Source: an uncultured Chloroflexia bacterium (GTDB taxonomy: Bacteria; Chloroflexota; Limnocylindria; Limnocylindrales; CSP1-4). Taken from it: DNA of 64,000 bases. The notes beneath the pieces are model-generated. The model was not told the DNA's origin and ran no database searches. It was given only the letters and a program-made list of their open reading frames with translations. Both the position numbers and the translations under genes were made by a program. Of the stretch, positions 50,117 through 61,039 are shown piece after piece; position 1 is the stretch's first letter; each line of letters opens with the position of its first letter. Location of the stretch: positions 544,001 to 608,000 of the forward strand of contig CAWHXD010000008.1 in the NCBI GenBank assembly GCA_963833225.1. The letters are read 5' to 3'.

Positions 50117-51127
50117 CTACCGGTAGATGGCGGGCTTCTCGACGTAGTCGATGGCCACCCGCTCGCCGCTCTTCACGGCCTGGACGCCGAACTCCGTGAC
50201 CCGCGTCGCCGCGTAGCCGTCCCACGCGGACGGGCCCACGATCTCGCCCTTCTGCAGACCGGTGATCCAGGCCTGGAGCTCGGCGGTGTAGGCAGGACCG
50301 AACCGGACGCGCCAGTCGGGCGGGACCACGTCCACGTCCTGGCCATTGGCGATCGTGCTGGCGACGACCGGGTTGACCAGCGATGCCACGCCAAGCTCGC
50401 CAACGAGCTCGCACCGCACGTCGTAGCCGTACTGGCAGTTGGCGAAGAACTCCGACGTGGACAGCACGCCCGACTCCATCCCGAACAACGCGAACTGCGG
50501 GTCCTGGAGGTGCGGGAAGGCCTTGCTGGTTCGCTTGGGCGGCGCGACCTGGACCGAGGTGATCTCCTCGCCCAGGAGCCACCGGGTGGTGTCGATCTCG
50601 TGGATCATCGAATCGGTCATGGTCATGAAGCTGGTGAACGACTCAGGCACGGTGGCGTTGCGGTGCACGTTGTGGAGGATCAGCGCCGCGCCGATGTCGC
50701 CGCCGTCGAGGGTCGCCTTGACCTGACGGTAGCCCGGGTCGTAACGGCGCATGAAGCCCACGATGACCAGCCGCTTGCCATGCTTGACCTCGGCCTCGAG
50801 GATCGCCTCGCACTCCGGGGTGGTGGGCGCCAGCGGCTTCTCGCACATCACCGGCTTGCCGGCGGCGATCGACGCCAGCGTGTACTCGGCGTGCGTCTCG
50901 CCGATCGAGCAGACCAGGACGGCATCGACGAGGTCGCTGTTGACGAGCGAGATGCCGTCGTCGAACACCTTGACGTCCGGCCCGAGGTCCGCGGCGACCT
51001 GCTCCGCACGGGGGCGATTGACGTCGGTGACGGCGCTCACCGTGGAGCCGTTGATGACGTTGACGAGCTTGTTCGCGTGGTCGGTGCCGATGAGACCGGT
51101 ACCGATGACGCCGACGCGGATGGCCAT
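50117..51127 (-). CDS. iolG: myo-inositol 2-dehydrogenase
   Basis: VGVIGTGLIG, CEKPLA, GFMRRYDPGY, HRNA, IHEID...WLL, YGYDVRCE, GPSAWDGY. Confidence 0.9.
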   Translation of the reverse strand: MAIRVGVIGTGLIGTDHANKLVNVINGSTVSAVTDVNRPRAEQVAADLGPDVKVFDDGISLVNSDLVDAVLVCSIGETHAEYTLASIAAGKPVMCEKPLAPTTPECEAILEAEVKHGKRLVIVGFMRRYDPGYRQVKATLDGGDIGAALILHNVHRNATVPESFTSFMTMTDSMIHEIDTTRWLLGEEITSVQVAPPKRTSKAFPHLQDPQFALFGMESGVLSTSEFFANCQYGYDVRCELVGELGVASLVNPVVASTIANGQDVDVVPPDWRVRFGPAYTAELQAWITGLQKGEIVGPSAWDGYAATRVTEFGVQAVKSGERVAIDYVEKPAIYR

Positions 51128-51177
51128 GGGGAACACCCTTCCTTCGCGGTGGTGCGGACGCTGCGGGATTGGCGGGA

Positions 51178-52107
51178 TCAGGCGAGCGGACGGCCGGCGC
51201 CGAGACCGCAGGTCTTGAAGTACTGCTGGGTGCGGATCGCGATCGGCAGCGGCCGGTCGAAGTCGCAGGGGTACATGTCCTGCTCGACGATGCAGTACAG
51301 GTCGCGGTCGAGCGCGGCGAGGGCGTCGATGAGCGAGGGCATGTCGGGCTCGCCCAGCGGCGGCTCCACCATGGCCCCGAGACGGACGGCCGGGGCGAAG
51401 CCCAGCTTCTCCTCCCGGACCCGGGCCTGGATCGCCGGGTCCACCTGCTTGAGGTGGACGTATCCGATCCGGTCCGGGTAGTCGGCGATGAGCTTGAGGT
51501 TGTCGGCGCCGCAGTACGCAACGTGCCCGGTGTCGAGACACAGCTGCACGGTCTCGGGGTCCGTGCCGTCGAGGAAGCGCTCGATCTCCGCCTGGGTCCC
51601 CACGTGGCTGTCGGCGTGGGTGTGGAACACGAGCACCGCGCCGTGGTTGTCGGTCACGTACTTGCCGAGCTCCGACATGCCCGAGTTGAGGCTGGCCCAC
51701 TCGTCATCGGTGAGCGTCGGGCTCGCGACCAGGTTGCCGTCGAAGTCCGTGAAGCCCTCGGGCAGGATCACCAGGTGCCGGGCGCCGTTGGGCCCGATGA
51801 CCGCCATCTCCGCGTCGCAGTCGGCCTTGGCCTTCTCGAGCGCCTCCCTGCCCTTGTGGAGGGCGACGAAGACCGTGCCCCCGGAGAGCGTCAGGCCCCG
51901 GCTCGCGTACGCCTCGCGGACGATGCCCGGGTCGGTGGGCAGGTAGCCGAACGGGCCAAGCTCGCTGTATCGGTAGCCCGCCTGCTGAGCCTCGTCGAGA
52001 TAGCGCTGCCACGGGGTCTGGAGCGGGTCGTCGCCGGGGTTCCAGACACCCCAGGAGTCCGGGGCCGTCCCCAGGTGGAGCTTCGGGTAGTCGACCTGCA
52101 GGTTCAC
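51178..52107 (-). CDS. iolE: myo-inosose-2 dehydratase-like TIM barrel
   Basis: GTAPDSWGVW, ELGPFGYLP, FHTHADSHV, LDTGH, VHLKQ, IVEQD. Confidence 0.75.
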   Translation of the reverse strand: MNLQVDYPKLHLGTAPDSWGVWNPGDDPLQTPWQRYLDEAQQAGYRYSELGPFGYLPTDPGIVREAYASRGLTLSGGTVFVALHKGREALEKAKADCDAEMAVIGPNGARHLVILPEGFTDFDGNLVASPTLTDDEWASLNSGMSELGKYVTDNHGAVLVFHTHADSHVGTQAEIERFLDGTDPETVQLCLDTGHVAYCGADNLKLIADYPDRIGYVHLKQVDPAIQARVREEKLGFAPAVRLGAMVEPPLGEPDMPSLIDALAALDRDLYCIVEQDMYPCDFDRPLPIAIRTQQYFKTCGLGAGRPLA

Positions 52108-52165
52108 GTCGCGGACTCCTTGGTGGGACGCGGGCGGGTGATGGGGCGGATGCTGATGCCCATAA

Positions 52166-52179
52166 TGTAATCGATTGCG
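52166..52179. promoter_or_regulatory. LacI-type operator upstream of iolE-iolG-iolH
   Basis: TGTAATCGATTGCG. Confidence 0.75.
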
Positions 52180-52222
52180 CCACGGAATGGAAGCCCCCGG
52201 GGCAATCGACGGGCCAAGACAG

Positions 52223-52252
52223 GACCGCCGGGTCCCGAAGGTCCCGGCGGTC
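52223..52252 (-). terminator. Hairpin after the ABC permease
   Basis: gaccgccggg...cccggcggtc 10-bp stem. Confidence 0.55.
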
Positions 52253-52296
52253 TGAAGCGACAGGTGTCTGGCAGCGCCGGCAGGGCCGCCGCAGGA

Positions 52297-53304
52297 TCAG
52301 CGGTTCTTGCGCTCGTCGATGATGATCGCGACGATGATGATCACGCCCTTGACGACCTGCTGGTAGAACGGGGAGACGTTGAGCAGGTCGAGGCCGTTGT
52401 TCATGACGCCGATGATCAGCGCGCCGACAACGGTCCCCCAGACGGTGCCGATGCCGCCGGCGAAGCTGGTGCCGCCGATGACCGCGGCCGCGATCGCGTC
52501 GAGCTCGTAGCCGATGCCGAGGGCCGGGGTCGCGGACTGGACGCGGGCGGTGAGCACCACGCCACCGAGGCCCGCCATGAGACCCGAGAACGCGTAGATG
52601 CCGAGCTTTGTCCGGCCGAGGTTCACGCCCGAGACGCGGGCGGCGGTCTCGTTGCCGCCGATCGCGTAGGCGTGGCGCCCGAAGCGCGTGTAGTTGAGCA
52701 TGAGGTGCGTGAGGACGATCACGGTCAAGAACACGATGATCGGGACCGGAAGGCCCAGGATGTCGCCGCCGCCGATCCACAGGAAGTCTTCGTTGAGCGT
52801 GCTCACCGGCCGCCCGTTCGAGTAGATGTAGGCGAAGCCGCGGGCCATCGTCATCATGCCCAGGGTGGCGATGAATGGTGGGATCTTGAACGTCGCGATC
52901 AGCCCGCCGTTCACGGCCCCCAGCAGCAGGCCGGCACCGAGGCCTGCCAGCACGGCGACGAACGCCGGCAGCTGGAGACCCGGGTAGAGGGCCTCCTTCC
53001 AGCCCGGCTGCTGGACGAGGCTGGCGGACACGACGGCGGCAAAGCCGAGCACCGACCCGAGAGACAGGTCGATTCCCAGGGCGATGATGGTCAGCATCAC
53101 GCCGATCGCCAGGAGCCCGATGACCGAGATCTGGCGGACGACGTTGATCAGGTTCTGGGGCTTGAGGAACGAGTTGTTCGGGGAGAAGATGGCGAGGAGG
53201 ACGCACATCCCCAGGAAGATGAACACGATCAGGTACTTCCGGAGGAAGCCCGCCGCCGCTTCCCTGGTCACCAGTCCACCCGCGCTGGGCGCTGCTGCAG
53301 TCAT
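52297..53304 (-). CDS. Sugar (inositol/ribose-type) ABC permease
   Basis: [48 protein letters not shown]. Confidence 0.93.
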   Translation of the reverse strand: MTAAAPSAGGLVTREAAAGFLRKYLIVFIFLGMCVLLAIFSPNNSFLKPQNLINVVRQISVIGLLAIGVMLTIIALGIDLSLGSVLGFAAVVSASLVQQPGWKEALYPGLQLPAFVAVLAGLGAGLLLGAVNGGLIATFKIPPFIATLGMMTMARGFAYIYSNGRPVSTLNEDFLWIGGGDILGLPVPIIVFLTVIVLTHLMLNYTRFGRHAYAIGGNETAARVSGVNLGRTKLGIYAFSGLMAGLGGVVLTARVQSATPALGIGYELDAIAAAVIGGTSFAGGIGTVWGTVVGALIIGVMNNGLDLLNVSPFYQQVVKGVIIIVAIIIDERKNR

Positions 53305-53321
53305 CGACCCTCTCTCCTGCC

Positions 53322-54824
53322 TCAGGCCGCCGGGGCGACGAGCGTCGCCGCCTCCAGGACCTTCTCCTGCGTCGCTTCCTCGCGGCTGAACTCCGCGGTG
53401 ATCCTGCCGCCCGCCATCACAAGCACGCGGTCGCTCATGCCAAGGATCTCGGGCATCTCGGACGAGACCATCAGGATGGCCTTGCCCTCCTTCGCCAACC
53501 CCGACATGAGCCGATGGATCTCGGCCTTGGCCCCGACGTCGATCCCTCGCGTCGGCTCGTCGATCATCAGGACATCGGGCAGCGTCAGCAGCCAGCGGGA
53601 GACCAGCACCTTCTGCTGATTGCCACCCGACAGGTTCTTGATCAGCTGCGAGAGCGACGGCGTCTTGATGGCCAGCGCCTCGCGCTGGCTCCGGCAAGCG
53701 ACCTCCATCTGACCCTTCCGGAGGATGCCGCCGGGGCTGAACCGGTTGAGGTTGGCGATCGTCATGTTGTCCCGGACGGACAGGGCGCCCATGATGCCCG
53801 TCAACTTCCGGTCCTCGGTCAGGAGGCCCATGCCAGCGTCGATCGCGTCGGCCGGGGACTGGATCGAGACCTTCTTGCCGCGGATCGTGATCTCGCCCGC
53901 GTCGGTCTTGGTGACCCCGAAGATCGCCTCGAGCACCTCCGTCCGGCCGGCACCCATAAGGCCGGCGAGGCCCAGGATCTCTCCCCGCTTGAGGTCGAAG
54001 CTGATGTCGCTGATCACGCCGTGCCGGGTCAGCCCCCGGACGGACATGACCACGTCGCCGATCTCGGCATCCTCCTTCGGGAACAGGTGGGTGAGCTCGC
54101 GACCGACCATCAGCGTGATCAGCTTCTGGCGATCGAGCGCGGAGGCGTCCTCGGTGGCGACATGCTTGCCGTCGCGGAAGACCGTGACCTTGTCCGCGAT
54201 CTTGAACACCTCGTCCATCTTGTGGGTGATGTAGATGACCGCCACGCCGCTCTCGCGCAGCGAGCGGATCATCCGGTGGAGGTGGTCAACCTCGCGCTCG
54301 GTGATGGCCGAGGTGGGCTCGTCCATGATGACCAGCTGGGCGTCCGTCGAGATCGCCTTGGCAATCTCGACCATCTGCATCTGCGCGACGCTCAGCGTCT
54401 TCATGACGCGCCGCGGATTGATGTCGATCGACCACTTGTCGAACACGGCCTGGGCGTCCGAGACGATGCGCCCCTTGTCAACCAGGCCAAACCTGTTGAC
54501 CGGTTCCCTGCCGAGGAACATGTTCTCCGCGACGGTCATCGCCGGAACCGGGGAAAGCTCCTGGTGGATCATCGCGATGCCGAGGCCGAGCGCCTTGGCG
54601 CTGTCGGGCACCTGGACCGGCTTGCCGTTGAGCTCGATGGTCCCGGCATCGGCGTGGTAGATCCCGGCAAGGACCTTCATCAGCGTTGACTTGCCCGCGC
54701 CGTTCTCGCCCATCAGGGCGTGGACGGTGCCCGCTTCCACCTCGAGGTGGACGTTGTCGAGCGCCTGGACCCCCGGGAATGCCTTGGAGATCCCCGTCAT
54801 CCGGAGGAGCACTGCCTCACTCAT
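53322..54824 (-). CDS. Sugar ABC ATP-binding protein (RbsA/IatA-like)
   Basis: [37 protein letters not shown]. Confidence 0.95.
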   Translation of the reverse strand: MSEAVLLRMTGISKAFPGVQALDNVHLEVEAGTVHALMGENGAGKSTLMKVLAGIYHADAGTIELNGKPVQVPDSAKALGLGIAMIHQELSPVPAMTVAENMFLGREPVNRFGLVDKGRIVSDAQAVFDKWSIDINPRRVMKTLSVAQMQMVEIAKAISTDAQLVIMDEPTSAITEREVDHLHRMIRSLRESGVAVIYITHKMDEVFKIADKVTVFRDGKHVATEDASALDRQKLITLMVGRELTHLFPKEDAEIGDVVMSVRGLTRHGVISDISFDLKRGEILGLAGLMGAGRTEVLEAIFGVTKTDAGEITIRGKKVSIQSPADAIDAGMGLLTEDRKLTGIMGALSVRDNMTIANLNRFSPGGILRKGQMEVACRSQREALAIKTPSLSQLIKNLSGGNQQKVLVSRWLLTLPDVLMIDEPTRGIDVGAKAEIHRLMSGLAKEGKAILMVSSEMPEILGMSDRVLVMAGGRITAEFSREEATQEKVLEAATLVAPAA

Positions 54825-54895
54825 CCCCTGCCTCACGCTGCCCGCCTGCCGCCGGCCGGGGCCCACACCCCGGCTGCGTTCAGGCCCATGAACAA

Positions 54896-54929
54896 GGTTC
54901 GGAGGCCCGGCGAACCGGGCCTCCGAACC
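54896..54929 (-). terminator. Strong hairpin after the binding-protein gene (terminator or mRNA stabiliser)
   Basis: ggttcggaggcccgg-cgaa-ccgggcctccgaacc perfect 15-bp stem; second hairpin at 54947-54975. Confidence 0.7.
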
Positions 54930-54977
54930 GTACCACTCAGGTTTGTGCGACGGTCGGCGGTACCGACCGTCGCGATC

Positions 54978-55982
54978 CTAGTTGGCGCCCAGGTAGTCGT
55001 TGATGTTCGCCGGGGTGACGAGCACGTAGGGGATATCGACGTAGTCGGGAACCGCGACGCCGTTGATCAGGTCGACCGCGGCCTGCACGCCGCCCTCGCC
55101 CTGGCCCTTGGCGTCCTGGAAGACGGTGACCGCAAGGTCGCCGGCCTGCATGGCGGCCAGGGCCTCGGACGTGGCGTCGACGCCGCCGACAAGGACGCCG
55201 TCGCCGGCCGTCAGCGGGATCTGTGCGGCCTTCAGCGCGTTGATCGCGCCGAGCGCCATCTCGTCGTTGTTCGCGCACACGACCATGCCGGCCTTGAGGG
55301 TGCCGGACTGGATCCAGTTCTCGGTGATGGACTGGCCCTTGGCGCGGTCCCAGTCGCCGGCCTGCGTGGCGACGACCGTCATGCCCGCCGCGGCGGCCTT
55401 CTCGTTGCAGCCCTGGGTCCGGAGGACCGCGGCCTCGTTCGTGACCTGGCCCTGGAGGATGACGACGTCACCCTTGTTGCCAACCAGCTTGGCGAGCTCT
55501 TCCATCTCGACCTGGCCCGCGTAGAGGGAGTCGGAGCCGACGTACGGCACGCCCGCGATGGATGGGTTGCGGTTGACGAACACGATCGGGATGCTCGCGG
55601 CCTTGGCGGCATCCGCCATCGGCTGGGCGGCGCTGGTGTCGACCGGGACCACGATGATCGCGCTGACGCCCTGCGAGACGAAGTTCTCGACCTGGGACAG
55701 CTGCGCGGCGGTGTCGTCCTTGGCATCCGTGATGGTCACGGTGACGCCCAGCTCGGCGGCCTTGGCCTTCATGCCGTCCTGGACGCGGCTCAGGAAGGTG
55801 TCGCTGTTGGGGAACGCGACGCCGATGGTGATGTCGCCGGCCGGCGCCATGCTCTCGGGCGCCATGCTGTCGGCGGGCGCCGTGGTCGGGGCAGTGGTGG
55901 CCGCTCCGCCACCGCAGGCACCCAGGATGAGGGCGCCGGTGACCATCAGGCCGGCGACGCGCCCCGTGAACTTGAGATTTAT
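54978..55982 (-). CDS. Sugar ABC substrate-binding lipoprotein (inositol/RbsB-like)
   Basis: Lipobox LGAC; DAKDD...QVENF, VFVNR, YVGSD, ANNDEMALGA, TVFQD; apparent start is ATA at 55982 (first ATG at 55946). Confidence 0.9.
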   Translation of the reverse strand: MNLKFTGRVAGLMVTGALILGACGGGAATTAPTTAPADSMAPESMAPAGDITIGVAFPNSDTFLSRVQDGMKAKAAELGVTVTITDAKDDTAAQLSQVENFVSQGVSAIIVVPVDTSAAQPMADAAKAASIPIVFVNRNPSIAGVPYVGSDSLYAGQVEMEELAKLVGNKGDVVILQGQVTNEAAVLRTQGCNEKAAAAGMTVVATQAGDWDRAKGQSITENWIQSGTLKAGMVVCANNDEMALGAINALKAAQIPLTAGDGVLVGGVDATSEALAAMQAGDLAVTVFQDAKGQGEGGVQAAVDLINGVAVPDYVDIPYVLVTPANINDYLGAN

Positions 55983-56065
55983 CTGTGCTCTTCTCCTCCG
56001 CCAATGTGGCTTGGTCGATCACGGGTCGCCGATCGTTCCGCGCCGGTCGGACCCTCCAAGGTCGC

Positions 56066-56095
56066 GGAAACGATTACGCCGCGTAATCGATTGCA
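56066..56095. promoter_or_regulatory. Tandem LacI-type operators upstream of the ABC operon
   Basis: ggaaacgattac at 56066 and cGTAATCGATTGCA at 56082. Confidence 0.75.
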
Positions 56096-56434
56096 AGGGT
56101 AGGTGAGACGACGCGTCGCGTCAACCCCTTTGTCCGAGGTCGCAGCGGCGGCAACCTTCCCGGCCTCTGCCTGCAATCCGCCAAGGATGTCCCATCCTCC
56201 GTCTCCGCGCCAACTCACCCGCTGATCACCCCGGGTGAACACTTCGAACCCGAGGGTGGCTGAAGGGGCCGCGCTGGCGGCGCTGGCGCCTGGTTGCTGA
56301 CGTTGGGTGAACGAACCGGCAGGCAGCCTGGCTCCGGGCCGATGTCGACCAGCAAGCGTTGACGGTGAGTGAAGCAAGGGGTCTGCGGCGTCGGCAGTGC
56401 CCGCACTGGGGACCAGGATCGCGGATGGTAGGGA

Positions 56435-57366
56435 TCAGTGGTCGGTCCAGATCCTCCGTACCCGCTCCGCGACGCGCTCGGGCGTCAGGCCGTGCCGCTC
56501 GAGGAGCCACGCATTGGGGGCCGATTCCCCCACGTGTCCTCGATGCCGATGCGGATCATGGGCCGCGGCTCGTGCGTGACCAGGATCTCGGCCACGAGAC
56601 CACCGAGGCCGCCGGCCACCGTGTGCTCCTCCACCGTGACCACCATGGCCGCTTCGGCGGCGGCCGCGGCGATGGCCTCCTCGTCGCAGGGCTTGATCGA
56701 TGGCACGTGGAGGACGCCGGTGAAGAATCCTTCCGCGGCGAGCAGCTCCGCCGCCGCGAGCGTCCGGGCGGTCTGCTGCCCGGTGGACACGAGCAGCACA
56801 TCCCCGCCCTCGCGGAGCATGACCACGCGGCGCGGCTCGAACACGTAGTCCGTGCCGAACACATCCGGACCGGCCTCACGCCCCAGGCGCAGGTACACGG
56901 GACCTGGCGTCGCGGTGGCCCAGCGGGTCATCGCGGCGGTCTCGGCGGCGTCGACGGGCGCGAGCACGGTCATCCCCGGCATCGCCCGCATCACCGCGAG
57001 GTCGCTGACGTCCACGTGGGTCTTGCCCGAGAGGCCCGCCATCAGCCCGGTGTAGGCAGCGCCGATCTTGACGTTCGCGTGCGTCTGGGCCAGCGCCATC
57101 CGGACCTGGTCCAGCGCCCGGTTGGTGAAGAAGATCCCGAACGAGCTGAGCCAGGGCACGTAGCCGCAGAACGACAGCCCGGCCGCCGTCCCGACCATCC
57201 CCTGCTCCGCGATCCCCATCTGCAGGAACCGGTCCGGGTAGGCCGTGGCGAACGTGTCGGCCTTCGTGGACGTCGCGAGGTCCGCATCCATGACCAGCAG
57301 GTCCGGGTTGGTCGCGGCGAGCTCCACGAGGGTCTCGGCCCAGACGTCGCGTTGCGCCCTGCTCAC
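56435..57366 (-). CDS. Transketolase, C-terminal (pyrimidine-binding) subunit; 1-nt homopolymer frameshift near 56528
   Basis: DADLATST, QMGIAEQGM, GKTH, GPVYLRLGR, VEEH...GGLG; restoring one G gives WGESAPNAWLLERHGLTPE. Confidence 0.9.
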
Positions 57367-58268
57367 GGCACGCGGCCCTCCCCGTCCAGCTCGCGCCGGG
57401 CGGCCTCCGTCTCTTCGGCCGTGGCCGGGCGAGCGTGCCACTCGGAGCGGCCCTCGGTGAACGAGATGCCGCGGCCCTTGACCGTATGGGCGAGGATCGC
57501 CGTGGGCGTGTCCCCGGCGCTGGTGGACCGGGCATCCTCGCAGGCCGCGAGGATCTGGCCGAAATCGTGGCCGTCGATCTCGAGCACCCGCCAGCCGAAG
57601 GCCTCGAACGCCCCCCGGAGGTTGATGCCGGCCCATGGGTCGCGCCGGTTCCCGCGGTGCTCCTCGCCCTCCTCGAGCGGCCAGCCGTATTGCTGCATGC
57701 CGTTCCAGTCCACGATCGCCGTCAGGTTGCCGGCGCCATGGCGTGGGGCGACGTGCACGGTCTCCCAGACCTGGCCCTCCTGCGTCTCGCCGTCGCCGAG
57801 CATCGCGAACACCTGGCTCGGCAATCCGCGGCGGCGGGTGCCCATGGCCAGGCCCAGCGCGATCGAGATCCCCTGCCCCAGCGAGCCCGTCGACGAGTCG
57901 AGCCCGGGCAGCTTGAGCATGTCCGGGTGACCCTGGAGCCGGCTGCCCTCTCCGTCGAACGTCAGCAGCTCGGCCTCGGGGAAGTAGCCGCGCATCGCCA
58001 TCACGGTGTACAGCGCGATGGCGCTGTGGCCCTTGGACAGGACAAACCGGTCGCGCTCCGGCCAGTCGGGGCGCGCCGGGTCGATCCGCATCACGCGGAA
58101 GTAGAGCGCCACCAGCAGGTCCATCGCGGACAGCGGGCCGCCCACGTGGCCCGCCCCGGAATGGGCGACGGTCTCGATGACATGGAGGCGCCCGCGTCGG
58201 GCAAGCGCCTCGAGCTCCGCGTGGGGTCCGGCGCCGGCAGGCGTGCCCGGGGACGCGAGGCCGGCCAT
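57363..58268 (-). CDS. Transketolase, N-terminal (TPP-binding) subunit
   Basis: GHVGGPLS, RDRFVLSKGH, LQGHP, STGSLGQG, GDGETQEGQVWE, DGHD, HTVKGRG. Confidence 0.93.
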   Translation of the reverse strand: MAGLASPGTPAGAGPHAELEALARRGRLHVIETVAHSGAGHVGGPLSAMDLLVALYFRVMRIDPARPDWPERDRFVLSKGHSAIALYTVMAMRGYFPEAELLTFDGEGSRLQGHPDMLKLPGLDSSTGSLGQGISIALGLAMGTRRRGLPSQVFAMLGDGETQEGQVWETVHVAPRHGAGNLTAIVDWNGMQQYGWPLEEGEEHRGNRRDPWAGINLRGAFEAFGWRVLEIDGHDFGQILAACEDARSTSAGDTPTAILAHTVKGRGISFTEGRSEWHARPATAEETEAARRELDGEGRVP

Positions 58269-59153
58269 CAGGCCGGGGCCAGGCGCCCGAGCAGCGCTTC
58301 GAGGTACTCCCGGTTGGCCCGCGCGACGTCCTTGGGATCGTCGGGCGTGGTGTCCTGCTCCAGGACGAACCAGCCGTCGTAGCCGCGGTGGAGCAGCGCG
58401 TCCACGACCTCCGGGATCTGGGCGATCCCCTCCCCGAGGGCGGGGAAGATCCAGGTCTTGAGCGCCTGGCCGAAGCTCCACTCCTCGGCGCGCGCGCGTG
58501 GCGAGCACGTCGCCGTTGACGTCCTTGAGGTGGATGTGCCGCACGCGATCCCCGTAGGTGCCGAGCATCTCGAGGCTGTTGCCGCCGCCATAGGCCAGGT
58601 GCCCGACATCGAGGCACCAGCCGACCCTGGCCGGGTCCGTCTCGTCGAGGAGACGGGCGGTCTCGGCGGGGGTCTCCACGTACGTGCCCACGTGGTTGTG
58701 GAAGACGACGCTCATGCCCAGCGGTGACAGGTTGTCGGCAAGATCGTGGAGCCCGCGCGCGAGGTTGCTCCACTGCTCGTCGGTCAGACCGGCGGCCTCG
58801 TTGACGTGGCCCGCCTCAGCCCGGCGGCGGTCGTCGCCACCTTCCGCGGCGATCAGGAGCCGGCCACCGGTGGCGTGGAGCCGGTGGGCGATCGCCATCG
58901 CCTTGGCCATCTCCGCGTCATGCCGGTCCGCGTCGCGGAAGCCCAGGCCGACGAACGCCCCGACCATCTCCAGGCCGCGCTTGTCCAGCTCGACCTTGAG
59001 CTCGGCCGGGTCCTCGGGCATGCCGGGGCCCCACTCGGTGGCGTCGTAGCCCGCCTCGACGAACTCGTCCATCATCTGCCCATAGGGCAGCCAGGCGCGG
59101 TACTCGGGAACGTCGGGGTTGTTCCAGTTGACGGGTGCGGTCGCGATTCTCAT
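58268..59153 (-). CDS. Second IolE-like TIM-barrel dehydratase/isomerase; frameshift near 58495
   Basis: IATAPVNWNN, AGYDATEWG, FHNHVGTYVET, LDVGH, IHLKD, GYDGWFVLEQD. Confidence 0.82.
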
Positions 59154-61039
59154 CACAGCAGCTCGGCTCGCTGGCGGCCCAACGCCACCTCGTACTTCTC
59201 GCGCGCGGCGTTGACCGTGTCCGACCCGGACACGGCCGCGACCGGCACGTCCCACCAGGAGTCATAGCCCGGGGCCCGCTTGTCGGGGCTCACCGCCACG
59301 TGGATCACGGTGACGCCATCGTGCTCGCGGCCCGCGGCCACGGCGGCGCGGATGTCGTCCTCCGTGCGGGCATAGAACCCCAGAGCACCCATCGACTCGC
59401 CGTGCTTCTTGAAGTCCACCGGGATGTAGCCGCCGGTGAGCCGGCCGCTCTTCCCCTCGCGGAACCGCAGCTCGTTGCCAAACTGGGGCACCCCGCAGTT
59501 CCAGGCGAGATCCTTGATGCACTGGTAGCCATGGTTGTCGAAGACCACGATCGTGAGCTTGATGCCCTCGGCGACCGCGGTCACGATCTCCGAGTTGAGC
59601 ATCAGGTAGGTGCCGTCGCCGATGGCGACCACGACCTCTCGCTCCGGCTCCGCCATCTTGATCCCGATCCCGGCGGGGATCTCGTAGCCCATGCAGGAGT
59701 AGCCGTACTCGAGGTGGTAGGCCTTGCTGTCCTCGGGCCGCCACAGCTTGAGCAGGTCGCCCGGCAGCGAGCCGGCCGCGCACACGATCGTCGCGTGCCC
59801 ACCCACCGCGTCGTTGAGGATGCCGATGACCTCGGGCTGGGCAAGATCGCCGCCGTCATCGACGGGCGTGCGATGGAAGGTGACCCGCTCGTCCCACTCG
59901 GCCTTGAGCGATGCGACCCGGGCCCGGTAGTCCTGGGCGGTCCCCTGGTGGGCAACGGCTGCCAGCCCGGCGCCGATGGCGTCGAGGGCGGCGCGCGCGT
60001 CCGCGACCACCTGGACGGAGCGCATCTTGCCGGCATCGAAGGCGTTGACGTTGATCCCGACGAAGGTGACATCCGGATCCTGGAAGGCGGTCCGCGAGGC
60101 GGTGACGAAGTCACCCATCCGCGTGCCGACCCCGATCACGAGGTCAGCCTCGCGCGCCAGCCGGTTGGCTGCCAGGCCACCGGCAGACCCGATCGGCCCC
60201 ACGTTCCACGGGTGGTTCCAGGGCAGCACGCCCTTGCCGGCCTGAGACTCGGACACGGGGATGCCGTGCTTGGTCGCCAGCGCGTCCAGGGCAGCCTCGG
60301 CTCCCGAGTAGATGGCCCCGCCGCCGGCCACGATCAGTGGCCGCTTTGCCGCCCGGATGAGGGCGACGACCTCGTCGGTCACCTCCGCCTCGGGCCGTGG
60401 ACGGCGGACGCGCCAGACGCGCTTGTCGAAGAACCGCGCCGGCCAGTCGTAGACCTCGGCCTGGACGTCCTCCGGCAGGGACACGGTGACGGCACCGGTG
60501 TCGGCCGGGTCCGTGAGCACGCGGAAGGCCTCCGGCAAGCTCGAGATGAGCTGTTCCGGGCGGGAGATGCGGTCGAAGTAGCGCGACACCGGACGGAAGG
60601 CATCGGACGCGGAGACATCGTGCTCCACCGGATGCTCCACCTGCTGGAGCACCGGATCCACCAGGCGGTTGGCGAAGTAGTCCGAGGGCAGGAGGAGTAC
60701 CGGCAGGCGGTTCACCGAGGCCGTGGCGGCACCCGTGATCATGTTGGTGGCGCCGGGGCCGATGGAGCTGGTGCACGCGAACGCGCGGAGCCGGTTGTTG
60801 TGCTTGGCAAAGGCCGCGGCCGCATGGACCTGCGCCTGCTCGTTCTGGGGCCGGTAGTACGGCATGTCGTACTCGTCGCCCAGCTCCTCGAGGGCCTGGC
60901 CAAGGCCCGCGACGTTGCCATGGCCGAAGATCCCCCAGACGCCGGCGATGAACCGCTGCTGGCGGCCGTCGCGCTCCACGTACTGCGCGGCCATGAAGCG
61001 GACGATGGCCTGCCCCACCGTCAGTCGAATCGTGCTCAA
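59153..61039 (-). CDS. iolD: 3D-(3,5/4)-trihydroxycyclohexane-1,2-dione acylhydrolase
   Basis: IRLTVGQA, GIFGHGNVAG, TSSIGPGATN, DPVLQQVE, AAGSLPGDL, YHLEYGYSCMGYE, WWDVPVA; GAGGAG RBS before TTG. Confidence 0.95.
   Translation of the reverse strand: MSTIRLTVGQAIVRFMAAQYVERDGRQQRFIAGVWGIFGHGNVAGLGQALEELGDEYDMPYYRPQNEQAQVHAAAAFAKHNNRLRAFACTSSIGPGATNMITGAATASVNRLPVLLLPSDYFANRLVDPVLQQVEHPVEHDVSASDAFRPVSRYFDRISRPEQLISSLPEAFRVLTDPADTGAVTVSLPEDVQAEVYDWPARFFDKRVWRVRRPRPEAEVTDEVVALIRAAKRPLIVAGGGAIYSGAEAALDALATKHGIPVSESQAGKGVLPWNHPWNVGPIGSAGGLAANRLAREADLVIGVGTRMGDFVTASRTAFQDPDVTFVGINVNAFDAGKMRSVQVVADARAALDAIGAGLAAVAHQGTAQDYRARVASLKAEWDERVTFHRTPVDDGGDLAQPEVIGILNDAVGGHATIVCAAGSLPGDLLKLWRPEDSKAYHLEYGYSCMGYEIPAGIGIKMAEPEREVVVAIGDGTYLMLNSEIVTAVAEGIKLTIVVFDNHGYQCIKDLAWNCGVPQFGNELRFREGKSGRLTGGYIPVDFKKHGESMGALGFYARTEDDIRAAVAAGREHDGVTVIHVAVSPDKRAPGYDSWWDVPVAAVSGSDTVNAAREKYEVALGRQRAELL

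Noticed and set aside
56200-56380. Weak GGGTGAAC/GAGTGAAG repeats downstream of transketolase
   Set aside because: May be another degenerate intergenic module, but spacing is irregular and no clear terminal inverted repeat could be defined.
57363-59255. Apparent TIM-barrel/transketolase fusion (630-aa ORF)
   Set aside because: A frameshift near 58495 joins two genes; the TIM-barrel C-terminus (GYDGWFVLEQD) is in another frame ending at 58268.
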